Shown one piece after another: positions 44,036-53,945 of a stretch of DNA of 64,000 bases (position 1 is the first letter of the stretch; each line of letters opens with the position of its first letter). The notes beneath the pieces were generated by a model that searched no databases, was not told the DNA's origin, and saw only the letters and a list, made by a program, of their open reading frames with translations. The stretch comes from Candidatus Uhrbacteria bacterium (GTDB lineage: Bacteria; Patescibacteriota; Patescibacteriia; JACRJV01). A program made the translations under genes and the position numbers. Location of the stretch: NCBI GenBank assembly GCA_016215325.1, contig JACRJV010000007.1, positions 3,728-67,727 on the forward strand, read 5' to 3'.

Positions 44036-45349
44036 TTAAGAGGCTTCTTCTGGAGTTTCGGTCTTGGTGGCTTCTGCTTCTCCGGTTTTCGGGGTTGATG
44101 CTTCTTCAATATTCGTGGTATTCGCCCCTGCCTGATCGGTAGGCAGGTCGCTGTTGGCGGTGTTCATGTTCTCTTGCGAATTTTCGTTTTTACGGATATC
44201 CACATTCCAGCCGGTAAGTTTTGATGCGAGGCGGACGTTTTGGCCGTTGCGGCCGATGGCTAACGAAAGTTGATCCTCCGGCACCTGGACCGTCGCTGTC
44301 TTGGATTCTTCATGGAGTTGGATGTCCGCTACCTTTGCCGGTGACAATGCGGCCTGGAGATACGCAACAGGGTCTTCTTTCCATTCGATAATATCGATTT
44401 TCTCGCCCTTGAGCTCTGCAATGATTGCTTGTACACGCGCGCCGCGCTGCCCCACGCAAGAGCCCACCGGATCGATGTTGCTTTCCAACGATCGCACCGC
44501 GACCTTCACGCGCGACCCGGCCTCGCGGGCAATACCCATAATTTCGATATGCTGGTGTTGGATCTCGGGGATTTCAACGGTAAACAGGTACCGAACAAGT
44601 TCCGGAGAGGTCCGGCTCACAACCACCTCGGGCCCGCGCGCTTTGAGCTCCACCGATTCGACATACACTTTTACGCGGTCGCCGATATGGTATTGCTCGT
44701 GCGGTGCCTGCCCCTCGGGTACCATGATCCCAACGATGCGCCCGAAATCTACCAGCACTAAACGTCCCTCGCGTCGTTGGATCAACCCGGTGACAACAGT
44801 ATGTTCTTTGTCTTTAAAGTCTTGATAGAGGACGTTGCGTTCTGCTTCGCGCAACTTTTGCATAATCACCTGCTTGGCCGTTTGCGCAGCCATACGACCA
44901 AAGCTCGAAGGCACCTCAAGTTCAGTGCGGATTTCATCGCCGAGTTGGGCATCCGACTTGACCGCTTGCGCCTCTTCGAGCGTGAGGTTCAGACGCGGAT
45001 GGAACCGTGGCTTCTCTTCAATAAGTTCTGTCGTTGCATCAGAACCCCCTTCCAAAACCGTACCAGAAGGCGCGCTCATCACGCCGACATCGTTCGGGCT
45101 CGATTTACTTAATTCACTCTCTGCCATCTCTTCCTCCGGCGGCTTTTCCATAACGGTCTTTACATCGAACACGCGCATTTCACCAGTCTCGGGATGGAAC
45201 TCCACCTTAATGTTTTGATTCGGCTGACCGTAATCTTTACGGTACGCCGCGGCAAGGGCCGCTTCCAGCGTCTGCAGCACCACTTCTTTTGAAATCTTTT
45301 TTTCCTCGCAGACGGTATCAATCGCCTGCAGTAATGGATTGAGGGCCAT
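44036..45349 (-). CDS. nusA: Transcription termination/antitermination factor NusA. The ORF is open to 45403.
   Basis: An S1 domain and two KH domains are present (...DPVGSCVGQRGARVQAIIAELKGEKIDII... and ...AIGRNGQNVRLASKLTGWNVDI...). There is a ~40-aa acidic insertion near the N-terminus and an acidic C-terminal tail. Confidence 0.85.
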   Translation of the reverse strand: MALNPLLQAIDTVCEEKKISKEVVLQTLEAALAAAYRKDYGQPNQNIKVEFHPETGEMRVFDVKTVMEKPPEEEMAESELSKSSPNDVGVMSAPSGTVLEGGSDATTELIEEKPRFHPRLNLTLEEAQAVKSDAQLGDEIRTELEVPSSFGRMAAQTAKQVIMQKLREAERNVLYQDFKDKEHTVVTGLIQRREGRLVLVDFGRIVGIMVPEGQAPHEQYHIGDRVKVYVESVELKARGPEVVVSRTSPELVRYLFTVEIPEIQHQHIEIMGIAREAGSRVKVAVRSLESNIDPVGSCVGQRGARVQAIIAELKGEKIDIIEWKEDPVAYLQAALSPAKVADIQLHEESKTATVQVPEDQLSLAIGRNGQNVRLASKLTGWNVDIRKNENSQENMNTANSDLPTDQAGANTTNIEEASTPKTGEAEATKTETPEEAS

Positions 45350-45453
45350 AAGTATGTCATGTACTTTTATCAAACAAAAAAGACAGATTCTTATGGAATC
45401 CATCTATCATAATCCAAGACTAGCAAACCTCAGATTCTCTGTCAACCACAAAT

Positions 45454-45810
45454 TTATACAGCGTTCGGGATGTGTTCTATGTGGGACTCTCCGCTGGGCT
45501 CCACCAATATGGCGATCACGTCTATGCGGACCGTGCGATATTGCGGATGGACATTCCAGTACCATTGCGCGAGCTGACGGAGTTTGTGTTGCTTATGGGC
45601 GGTCACGGCTTCTTCGGGGTACCCATAGTGAGTGGAATTGCGAGTCTTCACTTCAACGATGACTAACTCTGATTCAAGCGCACAAACAACATCGATCTCC
45701 CCGAAGGGAGATCGAATATTGCTGCCCAAAATGGTGTACCCCTTTGTTTCTAAATATCCGCGTGCAACGCCTTCGCCCCAATCGCCGCGCTTCTGACGCG
45801 CATTACGCAT
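45454..45810 (-). CDS. yraN: YraN/UPF0102-family putative endonuclease. The ORF is open to 45825.
   Basis: The sequence ...GEGVARGYLETKGYTILGSNIRSPFGEIDVVCALESELVIVEVKTR... matches the family. Confidence 0.7.
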   Translation of the reverse strand: MRNARQKRGDWGEGVARGYLETKGYTILGSNIRSPFGEIDVVCALESELVIVEVKTRNSTHYGYPEEAVTAHKQHKLRQLAQWYWNVHPQYRTVRIDVIAILVEPSGESHIEHIPNAV

Positions 45811-45829
45811 AAAACATAATGCCAATTTA

Positions 45830-45897
45830 CAAATTCATTCGAATACTACGAATACCAAATTTGCTGTATTGGCATTCATTCGCATATTCGCATTATG
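45830..45897 (-). promoter_or_regulatory. Second copy of the trmD-type leader/promoter element
   Basis: On the minus strand it reads CATAATGCGAATATGCGAATGAATGCCAATACAGCAAATTTGGTATTCGTAGTATTCGAATGAATTTGTAAATTGGCATTATG... It directly abuts the yraN start. Confidence 0.5.
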
Positions 45898-46284
45898 CTA
45901 TCTGCCGGGTATGTACTTCAGCTGCTGGAGCCGGCGGTACTCATCCTTCTCTTTTGCACCCCAATGTTTATACCGTCCCCAAAGGGTGTATGCGCGCCAT
46001 ACCACAAGAAGTGCCAACAACACGTACCATGCGCGTGCGCCAAGGACGACAACGCGCTGCCCCGAAAGCCACGTGAGCAACAGTCCGGCAACACCGACAG
46101 AAAATGCATTCATGCGCACTTCGCTTGCCCATTCCATCATCCACCGGCTGCTGCGGCGTTTGACGATCGGGGGGAGGAACAAGCCGATCGCAACCAACAG
46201 GACAGCGACCGCCATGGCGGTACGGATGACCGGGGACTCCGTCGCGGGTTGAATAAAGTTAAGCCACTGGAGGAGTGTAGACAT
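45898..46284 (-). CDS. Small membrane protein, hypothetical
   Basis: There are three hydrophobic helices. Confidence 0.4.
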   Translation of the reverse strand: MSTLLQWLNFIQPATESPVIRTAMAVAVLLVAIGLFLPPIVKRRSSRWMMEWASEVRMNAFSVGVAGLLLTWLSGQRVVVLGARAWYVLLALLVVWRAYTLWGRYKHWGAKEKDEYRRLQQLKYIPGR

Positions 46285-46290
46285 AGAATG

Positions 46291-46902
46291 TTATTGTCTG
46301 CTAAACAACGCGCCAAAATGCCAAACGCTGGCCGAAAATTCACTTTCAAAATGCAGCCCAATGGTTGAAGCCACGGCCTTTAATTGTTCGAGGTTCACGC
46401 GGCGAGCGAGGGGCGGACCCACCGGCCCGGTTTCTTGCCTCCAGTCCACAACCAATAATTTCCCACTGACCTTGAGCAACCGCTGTGCTTCTTTAAAAAT
46501 ATGATCGTGGTGAATGTTCTGAAAAAGGATATTGACACACAACACGCGATCAATCGACTCTTCCGGGATCGCAGCGGCCCCAATCACTTCGAGATTGGAA
46601 TGGATCACTTGGATCTGGGGGAGATTTTCGACTCGAGCGCGTCGGCGGAGGCTTTCGAGCACGTCAGGGACAACGTCTACGGCATACACCATTCCACCCC
46701 GACCGACACGGCGAGCGAGCGGAAAGGTAAAATGGCCGCCACCGCCGCATCCAAACTCGCCAATATGCTGGTCTACTTCAACATCGAGCTGGGCAAGGAT
46801 AAATTCGGGGTCAAGCAGGCGCGTTCCGCCGGCGGTCTCGTACAAGGCGCTGAGCATAGGGAGTAATGGGAGTTGGTAATCAGTAGTAATAGCGCGACGC
46901 AT
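46291..46902 (-). CDS. Class I SAM-dependent methyltransferase
   Basis: The sequence ...VGEFGCGGGGHFTFPLAR...VYAVDV... carries motif I. Confidence 0.65.
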   Translation of the reverse strand: MRRAITTDYQLPLLPMLSALYETAGGTRLLDPEFILAQLDVEVDQHIGEFGCGGGGHFTFPLARRVGRGGMVYAVDVVPDVLESLRRRARVENLPQIQVIHSNLEVIGAAAIPEESIDRVLCVNILFQNIHHDHIFKEAQRLLKVSGKLLVVDWRQETGPVGPPLARRVNLEQLKAVASTIGLHFESEFSASVWHFGALFSRQ

Positions 46903-46924
46903 CGTTATACCTACTCACTACAAC

Positions 46925-47590
46925 CTACTCACTAGTATACAACTTCCGGATGGGTTCGAACAACCTCCGATGATGCACAGAAGGTCCATATTCTTCCAAT
47001 TTCTGCTGATGCAGCTGTGTACCATACCCCTTGTGCAGATCAAATCGATACCGGCTTTCTTGTTCGTGCAGCTCCAGCATCATTTGGTCGCGCGCCACCT
47101 TGGCAATGATGGAAGCGGCGGCGATGGAGTAGATCTTCTGATCGCCGTCGATAACGGAAAACCACTCGGGGTGAGTTTTGATTGGGAGACCGTCAATCAT
47201 TACTGTCATTCTGGCTTGCCGGCCCCGTCTTGGCGGTGGGCCAGAATCCGGCGATCGATCGGATCTTGCCGGCCCCGTCTTGGCGGTGGGCCGTGGCCAG
47301 GATGACGACACAGTGAGGGCCGCAATTGCCCGCTCAAATACCATTGCCTGTGCTTTCGTCATGCCGAACAAATCGAGTTCTTCCACGCTCACGATCCCGA
47401 TACCGTGCTGATGCATCTTTCGGAGGGTTCCACTGAGTTCTTCCCGCTGTCTTGGCGACAGCAATTTTGAATCCCGTACACCCTTCACTCGGAACTCCTC
47501 ACGCGTCACTTGCAAGGCACATGCGACAAAGGGGCCGGCCCAGGCGCCCCGGCCGACTTCGTCGATGCCGATGCCGGGGGAAAATCGCAT
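46925..47590 (-). CDS. rnhB: Ribonuclease HII with an in-frame GC-rich tandem-repeat insertion
   Basis: The sequences GIDEVGRGAWAGPFVACAL, ...DSKLLSPRQRE... and ...DGDQKIYSIAAASIIAKVARDQ... identify RNase HII. There is a ~35-aa P/R/S-rich insert, SSSWPRPTAKTGPARSDRSPDSGPPPRRGRQARMTV. Confidence 0.85.
   Translation of the reverse strand: MRFSPGIGIDEVGRGAWAGPFVACALQVTREEFRVKGVRDSKLLSPRQREELSGTLRKMHQHGIGIVSVEELDLFGMTKAQAMVFERAIAALTVSSSWPRPTAKTGPARSDRSPDSGPPPRRGRQARMTVMIDGLPIKTHPEWFSVIDGDQKIYSIAAASIIAKVARDQMMLELHEQESRYRFDLHKGYGTQLHQQKLEEYGPSVHHRRLFEPIRKLYTSE
47209..47291. repeat. Two copies of CTTGCCGGCCCCGTCTTGGCGGTGGGCC (at 47214..47241 and 47264..47291) inside rnhB
   Basis: The first copy is bracketed by ATTCTGGC and GCCAGAAT inverted flanks. 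The repeat is translated in-frame. Confidence 0.7.
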
Positions 47591-47593
47591 AGT

Positions 47594-49114
47594 CTACGCT
47601 TCCTCTCTGATCGCTTGCTGGAGCCGCGCGATGTTCTTGAGTTTCCATTCCTTCTTTCGCTTGCGCATCGCTCGCTCTTCCTCTCCCTTCTCCGGCGTTA
47701 CCGTCGCTGGTACAGCATCGACAGTAAATTTGTTCGACCAATATTGCTGCTCGTCATCTAACAGCACGCTGTGCTCCTCGACAAATTGTTGGCAGTACTG
47801 CCGGGCGAACAACCCCTCTGCCTTACGGTTCAGCTTTTCTTTTGTCGCCTGCGCGTACTCTTTCGCTTGCGATAATAAATAGACATATGCTGCAGGGATC
47901 TCTTTTCGACCAGCAGGGGTTGAATAATCGCCATTATTAATCGTGTTGATGGCATTCTTGATTTCGGCCGCATGGGGGTGATCGTTGAGCTGCCGGCTCT
48001 CAATATTCGAAGTATACAGTCGAAACCACTCGCGATAGGCCTCCGCTTCCGCCAACGCCTCCTTGCCAAAGTGTTCCCGCGTGACCGCGTGCGGGGCCTT
48101 GAAGAAATTATTTGCGCTCGTCTCAAAACATGTTTGCACTGCCGCCTGCAGACGCGTCCATCCGCGATCATTCATTGTCTCGGTATCTTCGTCAACAATA
48201 CTGGGATTGTTGACGTGCTGCTCCAAATACTTTGAGTAACTGCCGGTGCCCACTCCCACAATCATGTCAGCGGCATGGAACATATTATCTTCTATGCTTT
48301 TTTGGTTCTGGAGCTCTGCTCGACTTCGGACAAACAGCGTGCCAAATACATTATACACGTCATAGTTCTTCCGACGCTCTACAAACCTCCCCTTGATCAG
48401 AGCAAACTCATCGGGGAACTCATCGTCAGAATGGGTGAGGATCCCCTTGCCCACAGAGAGGGCCTCGACGGTGGGAGAGGCGGGGTAAAATTCCCGAAGC
48501 GCCCGGACCGCCTCCAAGGCGCTGTGGGCGTTATGCCCCCAAAGATCAGGGTTGTTCTTTGGAATGTTCTTTTCTTTCTTTGCTGGATCATCACTCAACA
48601 CGATTTCCACGGCGCCCGTGCTCTGGTTCTTTTTCATCATGGGGCAAAGTTTTCCGCAGTCATGCAGGAGCGCCCTGCGTTGAACGCCCTTAAGGTCGAC
48701 AGGCGATGTTTCCATCTTCGCTGCCGCTGTGACAATCTGATACACATCATCCAGGTGCTGCCGTTGTTCCTGCTTGGCAACCTCCGACGCATCCGCCTGG
48801 TTCATGCGCGCCACAGAGATTGCGATGAGCAGGTCATGCTCATATTCGCTGACACCTTCTTTTGAACGCCCCTCCTCCGGATTCTCGGGGGCTTCGGCGA
48901 TTTCATCGAGTGTTACAAGATATGCTTCTTGGTCCAGCGAAAGTTCAAGATACGAACCGGTGAGTGTAAGGTCTTCAACGAATTCGTTTGCTGTGGCGGC
49001 AATCTCTGCGTCACGCCGACGGCGCGCATCGTCCAAAGAAATCGGCGGTCCCATAGGCGCAACGCCTGTTTTTGAGGTTAACTCTTCCTCTGGCAAACGG
49101 TCCGGTTGTCCCAT
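47594..49114 (-). CDS. HD-domain-containing protein. The ORF is open to 49303, which would overlap proS.
   Basis: The sequence ...RALLHDCGKLCP... is HD-like. The likely start is MGQPDRLPEE at 49114. Confidence 0.4.
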   Translation of the reverse strand: MGQPDRLPEEELTSKTGVAPMGPPISLDDARRRRDAEIAATANEFVEDLTLTGSYLELSLDQEAYLVTLDEIAEAPENPEEGRSKEGVSEYEHDLLIAISVARMNQADASEVAKQEQRQHLDDVYQIVTAAAKMETSPVDLKGVQRRALLHDCGKLCPMMKKNQSTGAVEIVLSDDPAKKEKNIPKNNPDLWGHNAHSALEAVRALREFYPASPTVEALSVGKGILTHSDDEFPDEFALIKGRFVERRKNYDVYNVFGTLFVRSRAELQNQKSIEDNMFHAADMIVGVGTGSYSKYLEQHVNNPSIVDEDTETMNDRGWTRLQAAVQTCFETSANNFFKAPHAVTREHFGKEALAEAEAYREWFRLYTSNIESRQLNDHPHAAEIKNAINTINNGDYSTPAGRKEIPAAYVYLLSQAKEYAQATKEKLNRKAEGLFARQYCQQFVEEHSVLLDDEQQYWSNKFTVDAVPATVTPEKGEEERAMRKRKKEWKLKNIARLQQAIREEA

Positions 49115-49130
49115 AGATACGTTATGACTA

Positions 49131-50579
49131 TTAGTACGCAACAGCGAATGTCCATCGCTTTTCTGCTTTCTGCCCGCAGTGGATGCATCCCCCTTGTTCA
49201 GGGAGTGCATCATTCTGTAAACATCGTGTTGTCGCTTTTGTTTTTTCTTTAATGTGCGCTTCGCATTGCGCTCGCTCACACCATCGGGCTCGAACAAACC
49301 CACGCCCCCCTTCCATCATCGTAACGAATTCTTCCCAATTATCCGCTGTATGCGTGTTGTCTTGCAAAAATCTTTCTGCTTGCCCAAAAAGGGATGCCTG
49401 GACCTCATCGAGGAGTTTCAAAATGGCAACAGCAAGATCGTCAACGGCGATAGTATTCTTAGCCCCCGTATCCCGTCGGGCATACATAACATTTTTTCCT
49501 TCTCTTTCTCTTTTCCCAATCTCAAGTCGTACCGGCACCCCCTTCAACTCCCATTTATTAATCTTAAATCCCATGGTCTCGCTGTCCCGATCATCCAGCT
49601 TGGTTCTGACCCCGGCCTTCTGCAGCGTCGCAACCACCTCGCGCGCATAGTCGAGTAGCTCTGGCTCCGGTCGCACCGGAATCACCACCACTTGGATCGG
49701 CGCGAGTCTCGGGGGCAATCGGAGCCCCTGATCATCACCATGAGCCATAATGAGCCCGCCGATCGAACGCGTCGAAAGCCCCCAGCTCGTTTGCCACACA
49801 AATTCCGCCTGTCCGTCTTTGTTCTGAAAATTGATGTTGAACGGCTTGGAAAAATTCTGGCCAAGATCATGGCTGGTGCAACTTTGCAACGCCTTGCCTT
49901 CTGGCATCAAGGTTTCGTAGGTAAGGGTCATGTCAGCGCCGGCAAATTTTTCGCTTTCAGACTTACGGCCGATGTAACCAGGCAGTGCAAAAAGTTCGCG
50001 ATAAATTTTTTGATACATATTCATGGCCCAGTGCACGGTCTCGAGCGCTTCTTCGTGCGTAGCGTGCGCGGTATGCCCTTCTTGCCACAAAAATTCCGTG
50101 GTGCGCAAAAACAGGTACGTGCGCTTTTCCCACCGCACCACGTTGTTCCATTGGTTAATCAACATCGGCAGATCCCGCCAAGAATGTACCCACCGGCTGT
50201 ACGCATCGTACATGATGGTTTCGCTGGTGGGCCGTACCACGAGTTTTTCCTTGAGCTCCTCCCCGCCGCCAATGGTAACCACGGCGAGTTCGGGCGAAAA
50301 TCCTTCTACGTGCTCTTGTTCTTTGTGCAAGAGTCCTTCGGGAATGAACATCGGGAAATACGCATTCTCCACGCCGCGATCTTTTATCATGGCATCCATT
50401 TCCTTTTGCACCAACTCCCAGATAGCATAGCCATAGGGTCGAAAAATCATCGTGCCTTTCGCTGGGCCGTAATCCGCCAGCTCCGACGAGAGCACTATCT
50501 TGTTGTACCATTCCGAAAGGCTGTCAGATTTCTTCGGGAGGTCTTTTTTTTCGTAGGCCATATAAAATCTTTTACACAT
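49131..50579 (-). CDS. proS: Prolyl-tRNA synthetase (archaeal/eukaryotic-like class II)
   Basis: The sequence ...FRPYGYAIWE...VVRPTSETIMYDAYSRWVHSWRDLP...RTTEFLWQEGHTAH... matches the enzyme. Confidence 0.85.
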   Translation of the reverse strand: MCKRFYMAYEKKDLPKKSDSLSEWYNKIVLSSELADYGPAKGTMIFRPYGYAIWELVQKEMDAMIKDRGVENAYFPMFIPEGLLHKEQEHVEGFSPELAVVTIGGGEELKEKLVVRPTSETIMYDAYSRWVHSWRDLPMLINQWNNVVRWEKRTYLFLRTTEFLWQEGHTAHATHEEALETVHWAMNMYQKIYRELFALPGYIGRKSESEKFAGADMTLTYETLMPEGKALQSCTSHDLGQNFSKPFNINFQNKDGQAEFVWQTSWGLSTRSIGGLIMAHGDDQGLRLPPRLAPIQVVVIPVRPEPELLDYAREVVATLQKAGVRTKLDDRDSETMGFKINKWELKGVPVRLEIGKREREGKNVMYARRDTGAKNTIAVDDLAVAILKLLDEVQASLFGQAERFLQDNTHTADNWEEFVTMMEGGRGFVRARWCERAQCEAHIKEKTKATTRCLQNDALPEQGGCIHCGQKAEKRWTFAVAY

Positions 50580-51832
50580 TACTCTCTTATCTGCCCATTG
50601 CCAAGCACCACGTACTTTCGCACCGTGAGCGCCTCTACTCCCATAGGCCCACGGTCGTAGGTGCGGTCGGTGCTAATACCCACTTCCGCTCCCAAACCAA
50701 ATACACCGCCATCAACCAGCCGGGTCGAGGCATTCACAAGGACTGCCGCGCTATCCACCTCTCGCACAAACCGTTCGGCATGCTCCGCATTATTCGTGAC
50801 AATCGCATCCGAGTGATGGGTGGAATATTTGGCAATATGCGCAATCGCTTGATCAATACTATCCACGACTTTCACCGAGACGATGAGGTCGAGATATTCG
50901 GTAGACCAATCCTCTTCCGCCGCTGGGATTGTTCCGTGTGGAACAATCTTGCAAGTTTGTCCGCACCCGCGCACTTCCACATGTTTTTCGTCTAGTTGCT
51001 GGATCAACGGTGGAAGCAACCTCGGCGCTACCGATGCCGCAATCAAAAATGTTTCTGCCGAGTTGCATACGCTCGGATTCTGCGCTTTAGCATTCACCAA
51101 AATCTTGAGCGCCATGTCCAAATCCGCGCCATCATCCACATACACATGGCAAATCCCCTTGTTATGGGAGAGTACCGGCATCTTGGCAGCAGCGCGCACT
51201 GCTTCGATCAACGTAGTCCCGCCGCGCGGGATCATCAATTGCACGTGATCACGGTCTTCGCATAATACCTTCACCGCATCGTGATCAGTAATATCGATAA
51301 ACTGGAGATACACCAGCGGCACCTTGGTGGATTGGAGCGCCCCCTGGAGCACGGCAACAATCGCCTTATTGGTTTCGAGCGCTTCTTTCCCACCCCGGAG
51401 CACGCAGGCGTTCCCGCTTTTCAAAATCAACCCCGCAATTTCTACCACGACATTTGGCCGCGACTCAAAGATCGCGCCAATCACCCCAATCGGCACTCGC
51501 ATGCGTTGCAACTCAAACCCCAGTGGACGCTTCCCGAGCGACTCGATCGAACCTACTGGATCGGGAAGTGCAGCAATATCGCGAAGCGACTGGGCGATCG
51601 ATTTCACGTTGGCATCGTTTAATGCCAACCGCCTGCGCAGCGCAGCGGTGGCATCGGGATGCATCGCCAGGTCCTTTTGGTTCGCTTGGAGAATCGACGC
51701 ACAACCAGCATCCAGCGCATCGGCCATTGCCATCAACGTCTTATTTTTTACGTCCGTCGACAAGGCGGCCATCACCGGGAGGGTGGCTTGAGCGGCGGCT
51801 GTTTTCTCGAGAATATATTGACGGAGATCCAT
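50579..51832 (-). CDS. proA: Gamma-glutamyl phosphate reductase. The ORF is open to 51901.
   Basis: The sequence ...IPRGGTTLIEAV...VNASTRLVDGGVFGLGAEVGIST... matches the enzyme. Confidence 0.85.
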   Translation of the reverse strand: MDLRQYILEKTAAAQATLPVMAALSTDVKNKTLMAMADALDAGCASILQANQKDLAMHPDATAALRRRLALNDANVKSIAQSLRDIAALPDPVGSIESLGKRPLGFELQRMRVPIGVIGAIFESRPNVVVEIAGLILKSGNACVLRGGKEALETNKAIVAVLQGALQSTKVPLVYLQFIDITDHDAVKVLCEDRDHVQLMIPRGGTTLIEAVRAAAKMPVLSHNKGICHVYVDDGADLDMALKILVNAKAQNPSVCNSAETFLIAASVAPRLLPPLIQQLDEKHVEVRGCGQTCKIVPHGTIPAAEEDWSTEYLDLIVSVKVVDSIDQAIAHIAKYSTHHSDAIVTNNAEHAERFVREVDSAAVLVNASTRLVDGGVFGLGAEVGISTDRTYDRGPMGVEALTVRKYVVLGNGQIRE

Positions 51833-51968
51833 AGGATCAAAAATTTCCGATTTCTCCGCCCAAGGCGGATCCGCCTCTGGCGGACAATCCCAAATTTCCA
51901 ATGAAACGTCAATGAAATACTCAGTATTTGAACATTGGGTATTTTTTTAGAAATTGGATATTAGAAAT

Positions 51969-52763
51969 TTATCGTTGACTCAACTCCTGTGCCCTCTTAT
52001 ACGCCGCCTGTGTTGCTGCCTTCCACAATTCTACAAATTTTTCGACTCCTAACGATTCCATAGCGGCGTTGGTGGTCCCTCCTGGTGATGTAACGCGACG
52101 ACGAAGTTCTTGGGGTGCCACTTGACGCTGATCGTAATAGAGAGCGCTGCTGCCCCGTAACGTTTCCGTGACGAGCAACCGTGCGGTCTCGCGATCAAAC
52201 CCAAGAGCGATCGCCGACTCCTCCAGCGCTTGCGCGAGCAAAAACACATACGCCGGGCCGCTGCCGCTAATTGCAGTCGCGGCATTGACCATATCTTCAT
52301 TCTTAAGCTCAAGGTGTTTCCCAAATGCCGAAAGGATTTGCTCGGTCTCAAGTTTATCCTGCGGCGTGACACCACCCGATGCGATCCACACCGTAAGCCC
52401 CTGACCAATCTGCGCTGGGGTATTCGGCATTGTTCGTACAACGCGAGAAGTATCGAGCTGTTCTTCGAGTTGATCAAGGCTGATGCCAGCCATGATCGAT
52501 ATAACGAGATGGTGGCCGATATGACCGTTCATCTCTGAAGCGAGGACATGATATTGTTGCGGTTTGACCGCAAGGACCAAAATTTCCACCTTTGGCAACA
52601 TTGCGGCAATACTGCCAATGACCGTTACAGAGCTCTCCTGTGCACACGCGCATCGGGTTGGATCCACGTCAAACACAACCACTACTTCGCACCCATGCTG
52701 TCGCACTAATGCTGATGCAATTGCTTCGCCCATCACGCCGTAACCGATGATGCCGATGTTCAT
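51969..52763 (-). CDS. proC: Pyrroline-5-carboxylate reductase. The ORF is open to 52817.
   Basis: The sequence begins MNIGIIGYGVMGEAIASAL and carries a C-terminal ...TSPGGTTNAAMESL... segment. Confidence 0.85.
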   Translation of the reverse strand: MNIGIIGYGVMGEAIASALVRQHGCEVVVVFDVDPTRCACAQESSVTVIGSIAAMLPKVEILVLAVKPQQYHVLASEMNGHIGHHLVISIMAGISLDQLEEQLDTSRVVRTMPNTPAQIGQGLTVWIASGGVTPQDKLETEQILSAFGKHLELKNEDMVNAATAISGSGPAYVFLLAQALEESAIALGFDRETARLLVTETLRGSSALYYDQRQVAPQELRRRVTSPGGTTNAAMESLGVEKFVELWKAATQAAYKRAQELSQR

Positions 52764-52877
52764 ACATCCGAAATTCGAATATCGAAATCCGAAACAATAT
52801 CGAATACCAAAGCTCAAAACGCTCTAAAATTTTGTAGATTTGAATTTGTTTCGGATTTCGTGCTTCGGATTTTGTAT

Positions 52878-53939
52878 TTAATACGTAATAAGGTGGTCCC
52901 GATGGATCACGTCCACGTCATTGGTCGACCCCTGGTCGAGCTTAAGCTCCAGGTCCCGAGAATCCATAGTGACAATACCGCAGCCAATGCCATGCCTATC
53001 GCTATCGACAATCTCCACGATTTCTCCGTGTTCAAATTCGCCCAGCACCTTGCGCACACCAACCGCCAACAGCGTATTGCCTTTTTTGATCGCTTCAATC
53101 GCGCCGTCATCTACCACGATCACACCGCTCTTTTCTTTGCACGATAGCATCCATCGTTCATGCGTAGTAATTTTATCCGCCTCGCGCTTTGCATAAAACC
53201 GAGTGGCCGGCACACGGCAACTCAAGAGATCATCGATCTCCACGCACATCTTCCCATTGGCAATGAACGTTTCCACGCCTCCGGCGATGGCGAGCTGCGC
53301 TCCCTTCAATTTTGTCAGCATGCCTCCCATGCTATTTGCCGACACGGTGTGCGAGCAATATTCAAAAAACTCTTTTGCCACGTCGGTCGTGTCGCACACT
53401 AAATGCCGGCGGCCGTTTTTCTCGCGTGGGTCTTGGGTGTACAGCCCAAATTGATCGGTAAGGTAAATAAGATATTGGGCCCTGACAACAATCGAGACAA
53501 CTGCGGCCAACATGTCATTCTCACCAAACGCTTCCGGCTCCCCATTCGTAAGAGCGTCGTTCTCATTAATAATCGGGATAATTCCCGCCTCTGTGAGTTC
53601 AGTAAGCGATCGTTGGAAGGCATCAAAGAGTCCTCGTCGATGGAGGTCGGGCCGTGAAACAATTAACTGCGCCACGTCCAGCCCCTCATCGACGAAGGCC
53701 TTCCGATACGCCTCCATCAGTCGGACCTGCCCAACGGCAGCGAACGTTTTTTTATCGGTGAGTTTGAGCCCCGCCGTCCGCCCAATCGTGACCGCGCCAG
53801 AGCTTACAAAAAGCGGAGCATACCCTGCTCCGAGCAATTGTTTGGATTGACGCGCGTAACAATTAATCACGTCTTGACTTAATTGATCCTTTGAATCCAT
53901 CAACACGTTCGTCCCTACCTTAATGACGATAATCGACAT
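52878..53939 (-). CDS. proB: Glutamate 5-kinase with a PUA domain
   Basis: The sequence begins MSIIVIKVGTNVL and has an amino-acid-kinase fold plus a C-terminal PUA domain. Confidence 0.85.
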   Translation of the reverse strand: MSIIVIKVGTNVLMDSKDQLSQDVINCYARQSKQLLGAGYAPLFVSSGAVTIGRTAGLKLTDKKTFAAVGQVRLMEAYRKAFVDEGLDVAQLIVSRPDLHRRGLFDAFQRSLTELTEAGIIPIINENDALTNGEPEAFGENDMLAAVVSIVVRAQYLIYLTDQFGLYTQDPREKNGRRHLVCDTTDVAKEFFEYCSHTVSANSMGGMLTKLKGAQLAIAGGVETFIANGKMCVEIDDLLSCRVPATRFYAKREADKITTHERWMLSCKEKSGVIVVDDGAIEAIKKGNTLLAVGVRKVLGEFEHGEIVEIVDSDRHGIGCGIVTMDSRDLELKLDQGSTNDVDVIHRDHLITY

Positions 53940-53945
53940 ACAGCA

